Origin: Monocercomonoides exilis PA203
Lineage: Eukaryota; Protista; Preaxostyla
Length of the DNA: 64,000 bases
Reading direction: 5' to 3'
Assembly: GCA_001643675.2 (NCBI GenBank)
Contig: LSRY02000028.1
Location: 434,001 to 498,000 of the forward strand
Shown here: piece by piece, positions 1 to 12,560 of the stretch
Position numbering within the stretch: position 1 is the stretch's first letter
How the letters are laid out: each line of letters starts with the position of its first letter
Notes under the pieces: model-generated
What the model saw: only the letters and a program-made list of their open reading frames with translations
Databases searched by the model: none
What the model was told of the DNA's origin: nothing
Position numbers and translations under genes: made by a program

Positions 1-1678
1 AGCACGAATTTGCTGTGCAATTCGCAGCTCTGCACAAGCGATGTAATTTCAACAGGCTCTCACCCTGTTGCTGCGTCTTCTTTGTCTGCAATTGACGTTT
101 TACTCACTTGCGGATTTGCTCAGGAAGTGACCGTTAACAACTATGGGATTTTGGATGTTTTGTGCGTAGTTCAATCCATTCTCTCTTGCAACAACCCCTC
201 ATGGAACAAGGAATGATAATTTATGACTTTTTATGAGCATTCTGATGTATTTGTTAATTCTGCTTTTGTTTTAAAAATAAATATATGTCACTTTGTTTGG
301 ATTGTGTTTTCAGATTATGGCGGGATGTGGATTATATCCATTTGTTGTTGGATGCTTGTTTTCGTCTTCCGCTGAAACGATAAGTGAAGCTTTGACAATT
401 ATTGAGTTTTTGTCGTCAAACGATGAAGAGTTTTCAATCTATGTCGCAGAGAAATCTTTACTGACTGTTTTTTCAAGAATGTTGATGAACGATATTGATG
501 GAGACGAAATCAATACGCCAAGAGTAATCTTAACCATCTTCGATGGTGAGATAATTGCAGCAAATAAAAGTTCTTCAGAAGCAGAAAAACAGAATTTGAT
601 AAGGTATCCCGAGGATAATTACGAGTGTGTCGATTTAAGGAGTCGTTCTATGGCTGAGCAACACAATGATTGTAATCAGGAAAGTGATGGTGAAATGGAA
701 AATTGTTCATATTCAATTGAAGATAAAGATTTTGACAGAGCCATTCCGTCTGAAGAAGAATCTGAATTAGCAGAAGGCTGCTTTATTGAGAATAGGGATA
801 TTGATTATGATTGTTTACCGACTGTTGCTCCTCCATCAATGCAGATGGAACAGGAAGATAAATCTCAAATTGAATGTGAAGCAGAGAATTTTCATTGCGA
901 AGGGATCAAATCGTCTTCGAAAAGCATTCTTCCATGTCAAATAGACATCTCCTTTCAAATTCCGATCTTTAATTGGAACGAGCGAGCCAGAATATGGTCT
1001 GTCATGAGAACTTTAATGCTTAACATCTTTACTCACAAAAATGGATTTCAATCAACAGAAAAGTATTCCAAAGATTCTATTGAAGAGAAGATTGTACAAC
1101 CTCTAAATTATTCATCCACAGCACCTTTTGATAGTCAAACTATTATTACTGTATCTTCTAATTCACATTCAGCATTATCTCTTAATGATTTTATCCAGCA
1201 TCGTGTTATTGTAGCACTTATTTCAACTTTGGAAGAGCTTGCTAGTTTTCAAAACAAGTCAGATTCCTCACAGCTCAATTTCCTCCCAGTTAACATCTTT
1301 GCCCTCCAACTCTTACAAACAATATTAATACTCCTACGAGCAGGAGAAGAAATGCTTGAAAAATTTAATAAAATGGAAGAGCAGAAATCCATGATGCAAT
1401 CATCTTTGGATACGAATGAAACAACTTTTATAAATTCATTTTCTTCCTCGTCAGACGAATCATATGATTTATTCAAGAATAAACCCCTTTGTGATCTTTG
1501 CCTAAATTACACTAACATTAATACACTTAATTATTTTTGTCGCAGCAAAGACAAGAACTTAGCTGAAGTAGCGAATATGATCTGTTCTCGGTGGATAGAA
1601 AGGGTAACAACACTTGTTATGTGCGACTCTGATAGTGAATGGGAAGATGTTATTGATTCCCTAATAACCAATGGATGA
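1..1678 (+). CDS. 3' part of an ARM-repeat / importin-alpha-like protein with a long acidic insertion (5' truncated by the window)
   Basis: Open frame 1-156, probable intron gttttg(157)...tttcag(313), then a long exon. The helical C-terminus ILILLRAGEE...LNYFCRSKDKNLAEVANMICSRW loosely resembles the last importin-alpha ARM repeat. Confidence 0.4.
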
Positions 1679-1743
1679 ACATACATGCAAATGAAAAACA
1701 GTTATTTTTTTGATGATCAGTTACCCAGTATTTTTATATACGG

Positions 1744-3711
1744 ATGAGTTCAGAAGAAAAAATTTCAACTTCTGCGAGTAAATCCGAAAAGAAAGAGGAT
1801 GAGAAAATAATAAGCGAGAAAAAAGAAAAGGAAAAAGCAAAAGCTGGAGCTGTGCCTTCACAAGTTTGAAAAAATCAAAACTTTTTCAAAAGAACTTATT
1901 TTTCGCATTGTTCCATGCAAATTGCTGCTCAAAATAAATGTGAAAAAAAAGCAGAAGAAGGAAGATAAGTCAGCACAAAAAGAAGATATTCAGTCTTCAT
2001 CTTCAACTCCATCCTCAGCAACACCTTCTGGAGGTTTATTCGTTTCTTTGCAAAGTTTTTCAAAATTTTGAAACATTCTTTATGATATATATTGCTTTGC
2101 TCTTAAGTTATTTCTTTGCCTGACAAACAGACCGTGCAACATCTTCCACCGCCACCAGAAGGATTAACGAGACGTCCAGGTTTATTGAAGCTATTTCAAG
2201 ACTGTTTAGGAAATTAAATTCAATTTTGATTAAATTTCCAATAGGATCAGATTTGCCCGATTTAATGTATGCGGTGAAGCCAGGACAGAAAGTGTTGCAA
2301 ACATTTCCTCCCACTGTTCCTTTGAGCGAAATGTATCCAAAGAAGAGATATCCTCTGGGAAAGCTTGAAAAACATCTTGACGAAGGGTATTCCTTTATTT
2401 TATATATTTTAATTTTTAATGTCAATCTTTTTCATTTGCCTTGGTGTGCAATTTATGTAATTCAGAACAACTCACCGTTCAGCAAATTCAGAGAAAATTC
2501 GATTGGAAATAATGAATGAAGGAATCACTAACGATTTTCGCCGTGCGGCAGAAGCACACAGGCAAATGAGAGCATATGCGAGACAGCTCTTGCGGCCAGG
2601 GATGCGACTGATTGATTTTGTTACTGAAGTTGAGATGAGAGGGCGCTATCTGATGGAAGATAGCTTTCTTTCTGATGTCTCCTCAAATCTTCTCAGAGCA
2701 TCTTGCTCATCTCTCAATCCAGCAATGTCTGCTCTTCTAGGCAAGCTTCTGAACGATGAGGCATCATCTCCAGCAACTCCTTCGGAAGATGCAGCAAAAG
2801 GAAAGAAAGGAAAAGGGAAAGGAAAAGGAAAAGCAGCGCTTCATGAGGATGAAGAAACACGGCAACTAATTTCATCTCTTTATCCGGACTACACACACGC
2901 CACATGTGGATTATCGTTCCCAACTGGCCTTTCTCTCAATAACTGTGCAGCACACTACACGCCCAATCCTGGTGATACTCGTGTCCTTCTGGATACGGAT
3001 GTTATGAAGATTGACATTGGAACCCATATGAATGGGCACATCATCGACAGCGCCTTCACTGTGTGCCTTGACCCAACGATGCAGCCTTTGATTGAGGCAA
3101 GCAAAGAAGGAACATGGACTGGCATCAAAATGGCAGGGATTGATGCCAGATTCATTGAAATTGGAGATGCCATCGAGGAAGTTATTTGCTCATACGAAGT
3201 GGAGGAGAACAAACGGATGAGATCAATCAGGCCTGTTGAGAATCTGAGCGGTCACTCACTGGGAGACTATATTGTGCATTCAGGAAAGCTGGTGCCCATC
3301 CACAAAAACGCGTGTGATGCGCATTTGAAGATGGAAGAAGGAGAAGCGTATGCAATCGAGACGTTTGCTACCACAGGAAAAGGAACAGTGTCTGATGGCC
3401 CAGACTGTTCTCATTACATGATGGCTCCTGATGCCATGTCGCGCATCGGATCAGTCAGAAACCCCAAAGCACGGAAGCTTCTGAACCACATCAACCAGCG
3501 TTTCAAGACTCTTGCTTGGTGCCGAAGGTGGCTGGAAGAAACAGGAGAGAAACAACACGCTATTCCATTGAAAGCTTTAATCGATGCAGATCTTGTTCAT
3601 CCGTATGCTCCTTTGAGCGATATTTCCCGTTCACATGTTAGCCAGCACGAGCATACGATTTTGATAAAGCCAACTGGCAAAGAGATTGTTAGTTTTGGTA
3701 ATGATGATTAG
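1744..3711 (+). CDS. METAP2: Methionine aminopeptidase 2 (5 exons)
   Basis: Motifs GLSFPTGLSLNNCAAHYTPN, KIDIGTH.NG.IIDSAFT, NLSGHS, YAIETFATTGKG and SQHEHTIL. A Lys/Glu-rich N-terminus is rebuilt from ATG 1744 across four GT-AG introns. Confidence 0.95.
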
Positions 3712-4032
3712 ATTGTTTGAATAAGTTGTTTTTTTCTTATTCTCCTCTTCGTTATATATTTATTTAAACCTTAAAAGTTGTTTCAGAATTGAATGTTCAT
3801 CTTCAGCAATCAACTCTTATTTTGTTTTCCTTTTACAATTGTATCTTTTCCGCTTTCAGGATTTTATGTGTCAAAAAAAAAAAACGAAAAAATTCAAAAA
3901 CAAAAACCTGTTTAACCTCCTTTTTAAAATTTGAATTGTTAAGTAAATAGTGAACATCTACAATTTAAGTTAACGCTTGCGAGAAAATTTCAGAGATAGT
4001 CCGAATAATACTCAGAGAAAATGAAATGAGAG

Positions 4033-4451
4033 TTACTGAGATGACGAGGATGAAGAAGCCGCTGTAGACCCACGCAAAAACAACGTGGTAAGTCTGTCTA
4101 TTTTTTTGATGTCCTGTTGCTGCTTTGTAATAAATTTGTAACACTGCCAAAATCAAAAATATATTTTTGCAAAAAATAAAAACATCCATTCAGATCCACA
4201 CCGTCCTGTCGTCTGTCACTTTTATAACAAACTTTTTTTCTCTGTTTCTATATTTCATTGTAAGACGTGTCTGCAAAAAAGTACATAAATAAAACTGTTA
4301 AAGAAAACACGAATATAATTCAAGAATAAACTTTTAACGGATTTGCAAGAAATAACTTTTATTTAAAAATTAATATGTTTCATAATAAAGATGGTTAAAA
4401 ACACACATTCTCGCTTCTGTTTGCAAAATCATCAAACGACGTGATGTACAT
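4033..4451 (-). CDS. SRP9: Signal recognition particle 9 kDa subunit (4 exons, not in ORF track)
   Basis: The spliced product is MYITSFDDFANRSEN|LFLANPLK|TRLTMKYRNREKKFVIKVTDDRT|CYKFITKQQQDIKKIDRLTTLFLRG..., matching the SRP9 pattern (LYLADP.K.R..LKYR...VKVTDD..C..YKT....DVKKI). All introns are GT-AG, phase 0. Confidence 0.9.
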
Positions 4452-4644
4452 TATTTAATGATGGGCATTTTTCATCATTCCATTTCATTTTGTTTTTCTT
4501 TGTTAATAAAATCATTGATCACAATATAATAGATTATTGAAAAAGTTCATTTTCTTTTGATCATTGACATGAAACATTATAATTTCCTACTTTCATCTTT
4601 AGGTATTTAAAAAATTCGTTTTCGCTAATAGAAAAGGAATTTTT

Positions 4645-5126
4645 ATGTCATATCAAATAAGTATTCCTTCCCTGGTGTTTACCGCTCTAAATTTTCTGAT
4701 TAGTTTATTTTGTTCATTGTGGCACATGTTCATCATTATATCCCTTGGGGATTTAGAACAGGACAATCTTTCTTCACGTGACTTTTGTGAAGAAATAAAT
4801 CCTTGGATTATTGTTGAATATGCATCGCATGCTATCGGCACTTTCTTTTTCTTCATATTTAAAAAGTGGTTTACGTTTTTGCTAAATTCTGCAATGGTCG
4901 TGTTTAATTTTCGAAAGCTTTGGAAGAAAAAGCACCTTTTCGATTGTATGCTCATAAGGAGAAACGATGAAATTAGGAGATTGAAAAAGCAGCATGTTCT
5001 TATCACTCTCGGATATTTCTCATTGTTCATTTGGGAATTTGTACAGTATGCTTTTCATTTTTCTCTTCGAAATTTTCATTTTTCTATTTTAGGTTTATCA
5101 TAGATCTTATTCACAAGTTGTCATAG
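4645..5126 (+). CDS. CNIH: Cornichon/Erv14 cargo receptor
   Basis: DLEQD.....DFCEEIN.WIIVEY, KHLFD and three TM segments. Intron about 5046-5092; the last exon ends FIIDLIHKLS*. Confidence 0.85.
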
Positions 5127-5457
5127 ATTTTTTCGATATTTTTAAAAGAGTTTGTTTCAGATCAGTTTACATTTCGCCAATTCAGCAAATAGAATAGAAA
5201 GCTTATAAGAGGATTTTGGAGAAATAAAAGTAACTATGGTAAGCAGGTGTTAGTTAGAATGAAATTTTAAAATCTGGAAATGAGGAGATTTTAAAAGTAA
5301 TAAAAAATAAAAATTCTCAGATTATTGAGAAAATACAAAGTGATACACATGAACGAACAAATGAATGATGAGACTAGTTGCGAGATTTCATAAAAAATTA
5401 AGTTTATGAATAGTGGGGGAAAAAAGACTAAAATAAAAAGAATAACAAAGATTACTA

Positions 5458-8400
5458 CTATTGATCCTTCCGCGTGGAAGGATCAAGAAACATTGTGACG
5501 TTTGTGGTTGAAGCAGTAGAAGCAGAGTTTTTGAGAAGAGACCTCTTCTTCTTCTTCTTCTTTACCGACGAAACGTGGGAAGTGTTCTCTCCAACAGCTC
5601 CCGCCCGCACAACGATTCCAGAGCTGCTGGTGATGTTGTTGATTGATTCAGATTTGTGCAAGGCACTTGACGGCTGTTGCGGGATGGCCATCGACGGGAA
5701 GATGTCAGACAGGCGCGGGGCAGACGAAGACGCAGACATCGTCGATGCACTCGAAGACGGCGCAGCTGTGGGAGACAGAGAAGACGCTCCTTCAGAAGAG
5801 ACAGCAGGCAGAGAGGCAGACGAGCTGTGGGACGAAGAGGTCTTTGCTAGTGCAGCAGTGGACGGCGGGACAAGCGTTGAGGCATCTCTGTCAGGATCGT
5901 CCTCTCTCATCTTGTTCTTGTTCTTTCTGCTCCGCTTCTTCTTCCGCCTCTTCATCTTCTCGTCTTCTTCATCGTCAAACACTTCTTTGCTCCAGTCCTT
6001 GAAGAACTCGTTCTGCTCAAAGCGGTTCACAATTCCTTTCTTTGCAGCCACTTTCTTTTTGTGCCTGCGAATGGCTCTTCGGATCAGCTTCTCAATCTCC
6101 ACAACAATGAATATAAACACTCCAACACTCAGCGCAATAAACCAGTCGTACCACAGCATGTTGCCTGTGCGGAACACTTGCTGCATGAACGGCGCATAGG
6201 TGAGGAAGAACTGCAGGCCGATGAGAAGCACAATTGCTCCAATCGACAGCCAGCCAGCATCCACAAAGACACGCCACGTGAAGGAGTTCTCTTTGAGGTA
6301 CACGTGGTTCAGCAGGAAGCAGCACTGCATCAGCGTAATCATGTTCACAGCCACTGCCGAGTGCCGCTTGATAGACGCCTCGTCGTTCAGGTCGGTGATA
6401 AGATAGAAGTACACGACAACAATTGCTGCTACCACTGCACCGACATAAATGGTGCGGATGTAGAAAGTCGATGAAAGAAGAGACTTGCGCGGGTCACGTG
6501 GAGGTTGGTCCAGAATTCCTCGTGTTCCTTTTTGGAAGGGCACGCACGTCGATAGCAGAATGGAAGTGATGGTGTTGATCCAGAGCGACTGCAGGGCAGT
6601 GATTGGGGCAATGCCTCCTTTGAAAAAGGAGGAAATGACGAGAACAAGAGCCTGTGCGCAGTTGGTGCCGAGGGTGAATGTGATTGTGCGCTTGAGAGAA
6701 GAGTACACTACTCTGCCCTGCTCCACCGCTGCCACAATCGTCGAGAAATTGTCGTCCATCAGCACCATCTTCGCTGACTCCTTCGCCACTTCTGTTCCGG
6801 TAATGCCCATCGCAATACCCACATGCGCCTGCTTCAGCGCCGGAGCATCGTTCACACCATCGCCTGTCATTGCAGTGATGTATCCTCTGTCCTGCAGCGC
6901 CTTCACAATACGAATCTTGTCAGCTGGCGTAGCACGCGCATATATCTGGGTTGTATCCACTGCCTCAGCCAGCTCCTGCTCACTCAGCTCGCCCAGCTCT
7001 GTAGATGTCTTCACTTTCCTCGGGTCCAGTCCCAGCAGAGCACCGACAGCAGCTGCAGTCTTTGCGTGATCTCCTGTAATCATCACCACACGGATGCGTG
7101 CTCGCTTGCACTTTCTGATTGCGCGGTGTGCTTCTGGCCGTGGCGGATCAAAGATTCCCACAACTCCCAGCAAAGTGAATCCTTTTTCGTACACTTCTTC
7201 GAACTGCAGTGGCGGTGGACGTTTTGCGCGAAGTGGTGTCTTTGCTGCTTTGGGGGAAGGAGACTTCATCTCAATTGCACGCCCACTCATCTTGGCGCTT
7301 CTTCCTGACGAGCGCATGCGATCTGAGTCACCATCAGCATCAGAGTCAGATTCATCGTCTGAATCATCTGCATTGATTGTCGGCTCGTCCTCTTCGTTGC
7401 TCTCATCCTCCTCTTCGTCATCATCGTCTTCGTCATCTTGCTGTGGCGGATATCTCTTCTCTGGAACAATCTTCTGTGCAAGCGCAATTGTGCGCAGGCC
7501 CACTGCCGCCATCTTTTCGGTCTCTGCCTTCCAGAACTCCTCATCGATCGGCTCGCTCGCAAGGTATGTGTCGACGGCTGTTGTTTCGTCCTTCTGCGAA
7601 GACAGCATCTCCGACGGGGTGAACTTGGTGCTTCCGCCGCGCATCACAAACACATCTGGCGGGGGAATCGTCGCTGTGGCTACAGGCCGCACGACAGCCT
7701 GGTGCGAGCACAGTTTGAAGATCCTTTCTGGTGCTCCTTTGAGCATCAGCACGTTGTGGCACTTGTCGAACGATTCGAGTCCGTAGTCTTCTTCATCTGC
7801 ATCTGCACCAGCTCCTGTACCAGATGCTGAAGGAATGCGGGGTGTCTTTGTACGAACAGTGGAAGAGGCGCCTGAAGGTGAGAGCGATGGAGATGGCAAT
7901 GAAGAGGAAGATGAAGAGGAAGAGGAAGAAGAGGAAGATGATGATGATGAATCAGCTGGATTTGCTGTTTCTGATTGAGTTGAGTCAACTTGCTCAAATT
8001 TTGGCACTGATTCAGTTTTATTCTCTTCATTTTCTGTTTTTTCTGTCTCATCCGAATGTTCCTCTGGCTCTTTCATTCCACTTTTCGTCGACAGCTCAGC
8101 ACAGACAGACGCCATTGTGGTTACCACGCTCTCTTCCAGCTCGTCGTATTCTTCGTATTCGTCCTCAGAGCCCCACAGCTTCTCTTCCCAGATGTCGCTC
8201 ACGCTCCACGGGCATCTGTTCAGCGTGGCCATCCAGCCCCAGTCAGACTCAAACGGTATCACATCCAGCCGCGGGCACTCGCTCTGCATCCGCGTCATAT
8301 TGAATCCTGCCTTCAGCGTGAGTGGATAGAGCGCACCTTCAGTCGTGTCCCCTTGCACGTCCCATGTTTGCTCCTCGTTCTGCATCAGCACCGCATCGTT

Positions 8401-9952
8401 GCACAGCACCCCGCACCGCAGAAGCGCAGACACAAGTCCCGGATGGTCGAACGTGTACGACAGCGGCTTTGCGCCGGGCGTTCCTGTTGAGGAAAGAGCT
8501 GCCTCTTCCTCTGTCGCATCGGGACCCACCTCCACCTTCACAGAAGTTGGCTGTTCAATCTGCAGCGCATGCTGAAGCACCATTTCGGCGTGGCGCTTCC
8601 GCTTTGCCTGCCACTCGAGCACATTCTTCTGCAGCTGCTTTCCAGCCTCTGTGTTCGGCAGAAGTGACAGCGTGTACTCATTCCGCGGATCAGGCGCTGC
8701 TTCCTTCAGAGAAATCTGCTGCCCTCTCTCCAGCGTCGTGATCTCACCGTCGCATGGGTCGTAGCCGTTACCGGACACAGTGTACTTGCGCTGAACTGTG
8801 AAGAACGCACGGGCAGTCATCTGGTTTGTGGTGAGTGTTCCTGTCTTGTCAGAGCAGATGACAGACACAGCGCCGAGCGTCTCGACTGCTGGCATTGCGC
8901 GGATGATTGCTTTCCGAGACGCCATCTTCTGCATCCCAATAGCTAGCGTGAGTGAGATGATTGCTGTCAGCCCTTCCGGCACAAGCGCAATCCCGACACA
9001 GCACGCAAAAATGATCGCTTCGTACCAAACCATCGACGGGTAGTTGATGAAGAACACCACCAAAAATGTAATAAGGATCAGAACCAAGGTTATGAAAACT
9101 ATTTTTTTTCCAAATTTGTCAAGTTCAACTGTTAATGGTGTTGCAACTTCTTTCACTCCTGCAACCATTGCAGAGATTTTTCCTATTTCTGTTCGAACTC
9201 CTGTTGCAACGACAATTCCTTGAGCTGTTCCTTTTGCTGCAAATGTGCCTGAATAAACCATGTTCGCTCGTTCTGCGAGAACAACATCCTCTGGAAGTTC
9301 TTCGATAACTTTCGGATTTGCTGTCACTTCTCCAGTTAATGCAGCTTCTTGAGTCGAAAAATTGTTCACCTGAAACAATCGGCAATCTGCGGGAATTTTG
9401 TCCCCGGAGTTGATAACAACAACATCTCCGACTACAATGAGATCGGAGGAGATTTGCTTTTTAACCCCTTCACGCAAAACAGTTGTTGATAATGATAGCA
9501 TTTTTGTTAGAGCTTGGCTTTCTTTGTCAGCTTTTCTTTCTTGGATAAATCCAATTAGAGCGTTGATAACAAGGACAACCGCAATAACCACTCCTTCGGG
9601 CTTAAATTTGTTTTTAATTGTTAATAATTATTTTTAAAGAAAAGCTTAAAATTGTTGAAAAGCATATGTTGCGAAATAAACAAACTATATCTTGAACAGC
9701 AAAGCAAAAAATCATGATGACAATCAAAAGGTATGATATAATGTTATTAAACTGTTGCAAAAATTTTATTATCATTGGAGTTTTCTTCGGAGAAGGAAGC
9801 GAATTACGGCCAAAAATTGATAGCCGTTGTTTTGCCTCATTTTCCGAAAGTCCGCATGACTTTGCCGTTGCAGTATTAACTTCTACTTCTTCTATAGATA
9901 TTGAGTGCCATCTAATGTTCTGGTCTGGCACTTGTCTGAGAATTTTGGACAT
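5458..9952 (-). CDS. P2-type cation-transporting ATPase (possibly ENA/P2D-like) with large low-complexity insertions
   Basis: Motifs ALTGE, PEGL, ICSDKTGTLT, KGAPE, DPPR, MITGDH and MTGDGVNDAPAL, plus about 10 TM helices. The first exon (GLSENEAKQRLSIFGRN) is joined by an intron near 9600-9686. Confidence 0.93.
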
Positions 9953-10206
9953 TTTTTAAAAGAAGTAGCCAAAGTTTTGGTGCAGATCAAAAATAGTTGG
10001 TAATTCTGTAAAAGGTTCTTCAAATTATTAAAAACGCATATTAATCCTAACAACAAAAAAATACTTCTGTAATTCAAGTTGCAGACGTAAAACTTTTTTG
10101 TATTCAATTGAAAACCAAATAAAAAAAAATCAAGAAAAAACAACTTAACATTATTAAACAAATAAAAATAATTGTAACAGTAGCAACAACTATTCTTGAA
10201 ACATTT

Positions 10207-11265
10207 CTAACTCCATTTATCTGTATAAGACTTCGTTTTTGATTTCATCATTGGTGCATATGATAACATTTCGTTGCTAAAAGCGGAAAGTTCGCAGCAA
10301 TGAAGCGAACAGAATGTTGGTGATGCTGGGGGCTTCGGCAAAAAAGGAGGTACATAAGCCGATTCTGCTTCTTCGTGTTCAGTTTCAATATCATTGCAAA
10401 ATGTTGGTTGTGATGGAAAGAAAGACGATGGCGCTTCAATGCAAGATGATTCTGATTTTCGTTGTTCGTTAAACGACGGAAGTGCAACTGCAGAAGAAGA
10501 AGGGAAAAAAGAAGGCTGAGTCATTGGTAAAGATACAGAACCATTTGTTAGTGAAGATGAAGGCGAAGGAATTCCGGAAGATGAAGGAAATTGTCCAATA
10601 TCAAGTGATTCACTCTCACTAACCGCAGAATCAGGCGGCTCCAAAAAGCTTTCATGAGCAAGAGCAAACAGAGGATCATCTTCTGTTTCTGTTGTTTGAA
10701 GAAAGCGCCTCATTATTCTTCGGGAAAGTGGAACTCGGTTGCAGCTCGTAACGCAACAACCATTTGATTTTGAGCCTTCTATAATTCGAGGCTCATACAG
10801 CTTTTGCTTTTGGTCCAAAAGAATGTCTGAGTTTCATGTAATTTTGGATTGAAAAAAAATCATTTTCTTAATATTTCAAAAAAGCAGGCTCAAACGTTGG
10901 AGGCAGTATCTGCTATATGGCAAGCACTTCTTTGTACAGTTTGCCGCGGAGCATGCTCGTCTATGCACCCATCCAAATGGATCAAACACAAATGGATCAA
11001 GTGATTGTTCTTTGTCGAATTGCTCCAATTCACGCTCCGCTAATTGCGTTGAAAATGCAGCAATTTGCTCTAATATTCAATTGATTACATTTATATTTTT
11101 GTGCATTTAATTTAACTTTTCAATACCACAGAAATAGCGCTTCAATACATCATCATATATCCGTGACTCTTGTTCATAAATTCGTTTTAATCTTCGCTCT
11201 AGCTCTTCTTTAGAAAATTTTTGATCGTTCTTTATATGTTTTGCTTCGTCAGTTCCATCTGACAT
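10207..11265 (-). CDS. zf-C3Hc3H domain protein (INO80D/KANSL2-like), 3 exons
   Basis: The spliced segment ACSAANCTKKCLPYSRYCLQ|HILLDQKQKLYEP matches the C..C...LP...YC..HI..D..QKLY pattern. ATG at 11265. Confidence 0.7.
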
Positions 11266-11437
11266 TCAGTAAATTTATTATGAATTTTTACAAACTCAAA
11301 AGATAAATTACAGGTGATTTGACGAGAGGAAATATTAGATCAACACTTGAGTGTGTTTATTGCAATTTTCTTATTATAATCCATTAACATGATTGCCAAA
11401 TTATTATATTTGATAATAAAAATTGTTTTTGTGTAGA

Positions 11438-12074
11438 ATGCCAGTTAAACGCAGAAATGGAGGTCGTTCCAAACATGGAAGAGGACACACACGCGCAATT
11501 CGCTGTGTGAATTGCGGAAGATGCTGCCCAAAGGTTTGAAAGTATTATTGCATTGCTTTCTTTTTTTATCTTTTTTCATAAAATCAGGACAAAGCTATTA
11601 AAAGATTTGTCGTTAGAAATATGGTTTGCAACAATTTAGTTTTTTCTCCAGCTTGTTTTATTTTAAATTAATTTCGCTGAACGAAAAAGGTTGAAGCTGC
11701 TGCATTGAATGATATCAAGGCCGCAACTGCTTATGATAGTTTGAACTTGATTTCTGATTTAAGATGATATTTTAATAATTTTTCATTTTTCAGGCTACAC
11801 CATCCCAAAGCTTTACATGAAAATGGAATACTGCGTCTCCTGCGCTGTCCATTCACATCAAGTGCGTGTCAGATCTGATGAAGCTCGTCGCAATCGTGAT
11901 CCACCACAACGTCGCAGAGTATGAAATTTGCCTTTCAAATGAAAGCTTTTGAACTATTTGTTGTTTTATTCTCATTGTTAATTTTTGCAATCATTTTAGC
12001 CCACTGACAAAAAAGACGAGCAAAGAAAACCAGGTGCGACTCCAGCTGGACAAGGAGCCGCAGTTAGAGCATAA
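11438..12074 (+). CDS. RPS26: 40S ribosomal protein S26 (5 exons, not in ORF track)
   Basis: [32 protein letters not shown]|[12 protein letters not shown]|VEAAALNDI...|[19 protein letters not shown]...RVRS..RRNRDPP. Confidence 0.97.
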
Positions 12075-12560
12075 GCTCCTCACGTCACTGCTTGTATTTT
12101 TTTGTAAATACTAAAACAAAATGCAATAGCTCCTTTTCTGCAGTCAAAAAATATTTATTGAAAATGAAAAAGAATCTTGAAAGCATGAATTGTTCGTCAT
12201 TGGATAAATTTTTTTTTAGATTTAGATCCTGATAAATATTCAATTAATATTATTAATGACTTAAATGTGGGACGAAATCTCTTGCTAAATGAATTTTGTT
12301 CCTCGATATTTTATCGAATGTATTTCTCAATATTTTTTTTATTTACTTCATAATTATGCATGGGAATGTTAGACTTATTTCAGTTCGATGATCAATAAGT
12401 TTGGAACAGTAAGTTGCATTTTTCATAAATGCAAATATTTTGCCCATTGTATAAATTTTTTGCTTTTTTGAAAAAAAAAAAAAAAAAAAAAAAAAAAATG
12501 CCATGCTTACAATCCAACAAATAAAAATATAAGAGCAAAGAAAAGCGAATAGCACACATA

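Noticed and set aside
3965-4189. 74-aa hydrophobic ORF
   Set aside because: Wrong-frame reading across the last intron and exon of SRP9.
5474-9043. Many plus-strand ORFs over the ATPase (likewise over the cyclase, NPHP4 and helicase)
   Set aside because: Antisense shadows of GC-rich, low-complexity coding sequence with no motifs.
12471-12497. Poly-A runs (also 16750-16780) as retroposon tails
   Set aside because: No TSD or upstream SINE/LINE body seen. They sit in Lys-codon-rich parts of the decayed transposase, so slippage is more likely.
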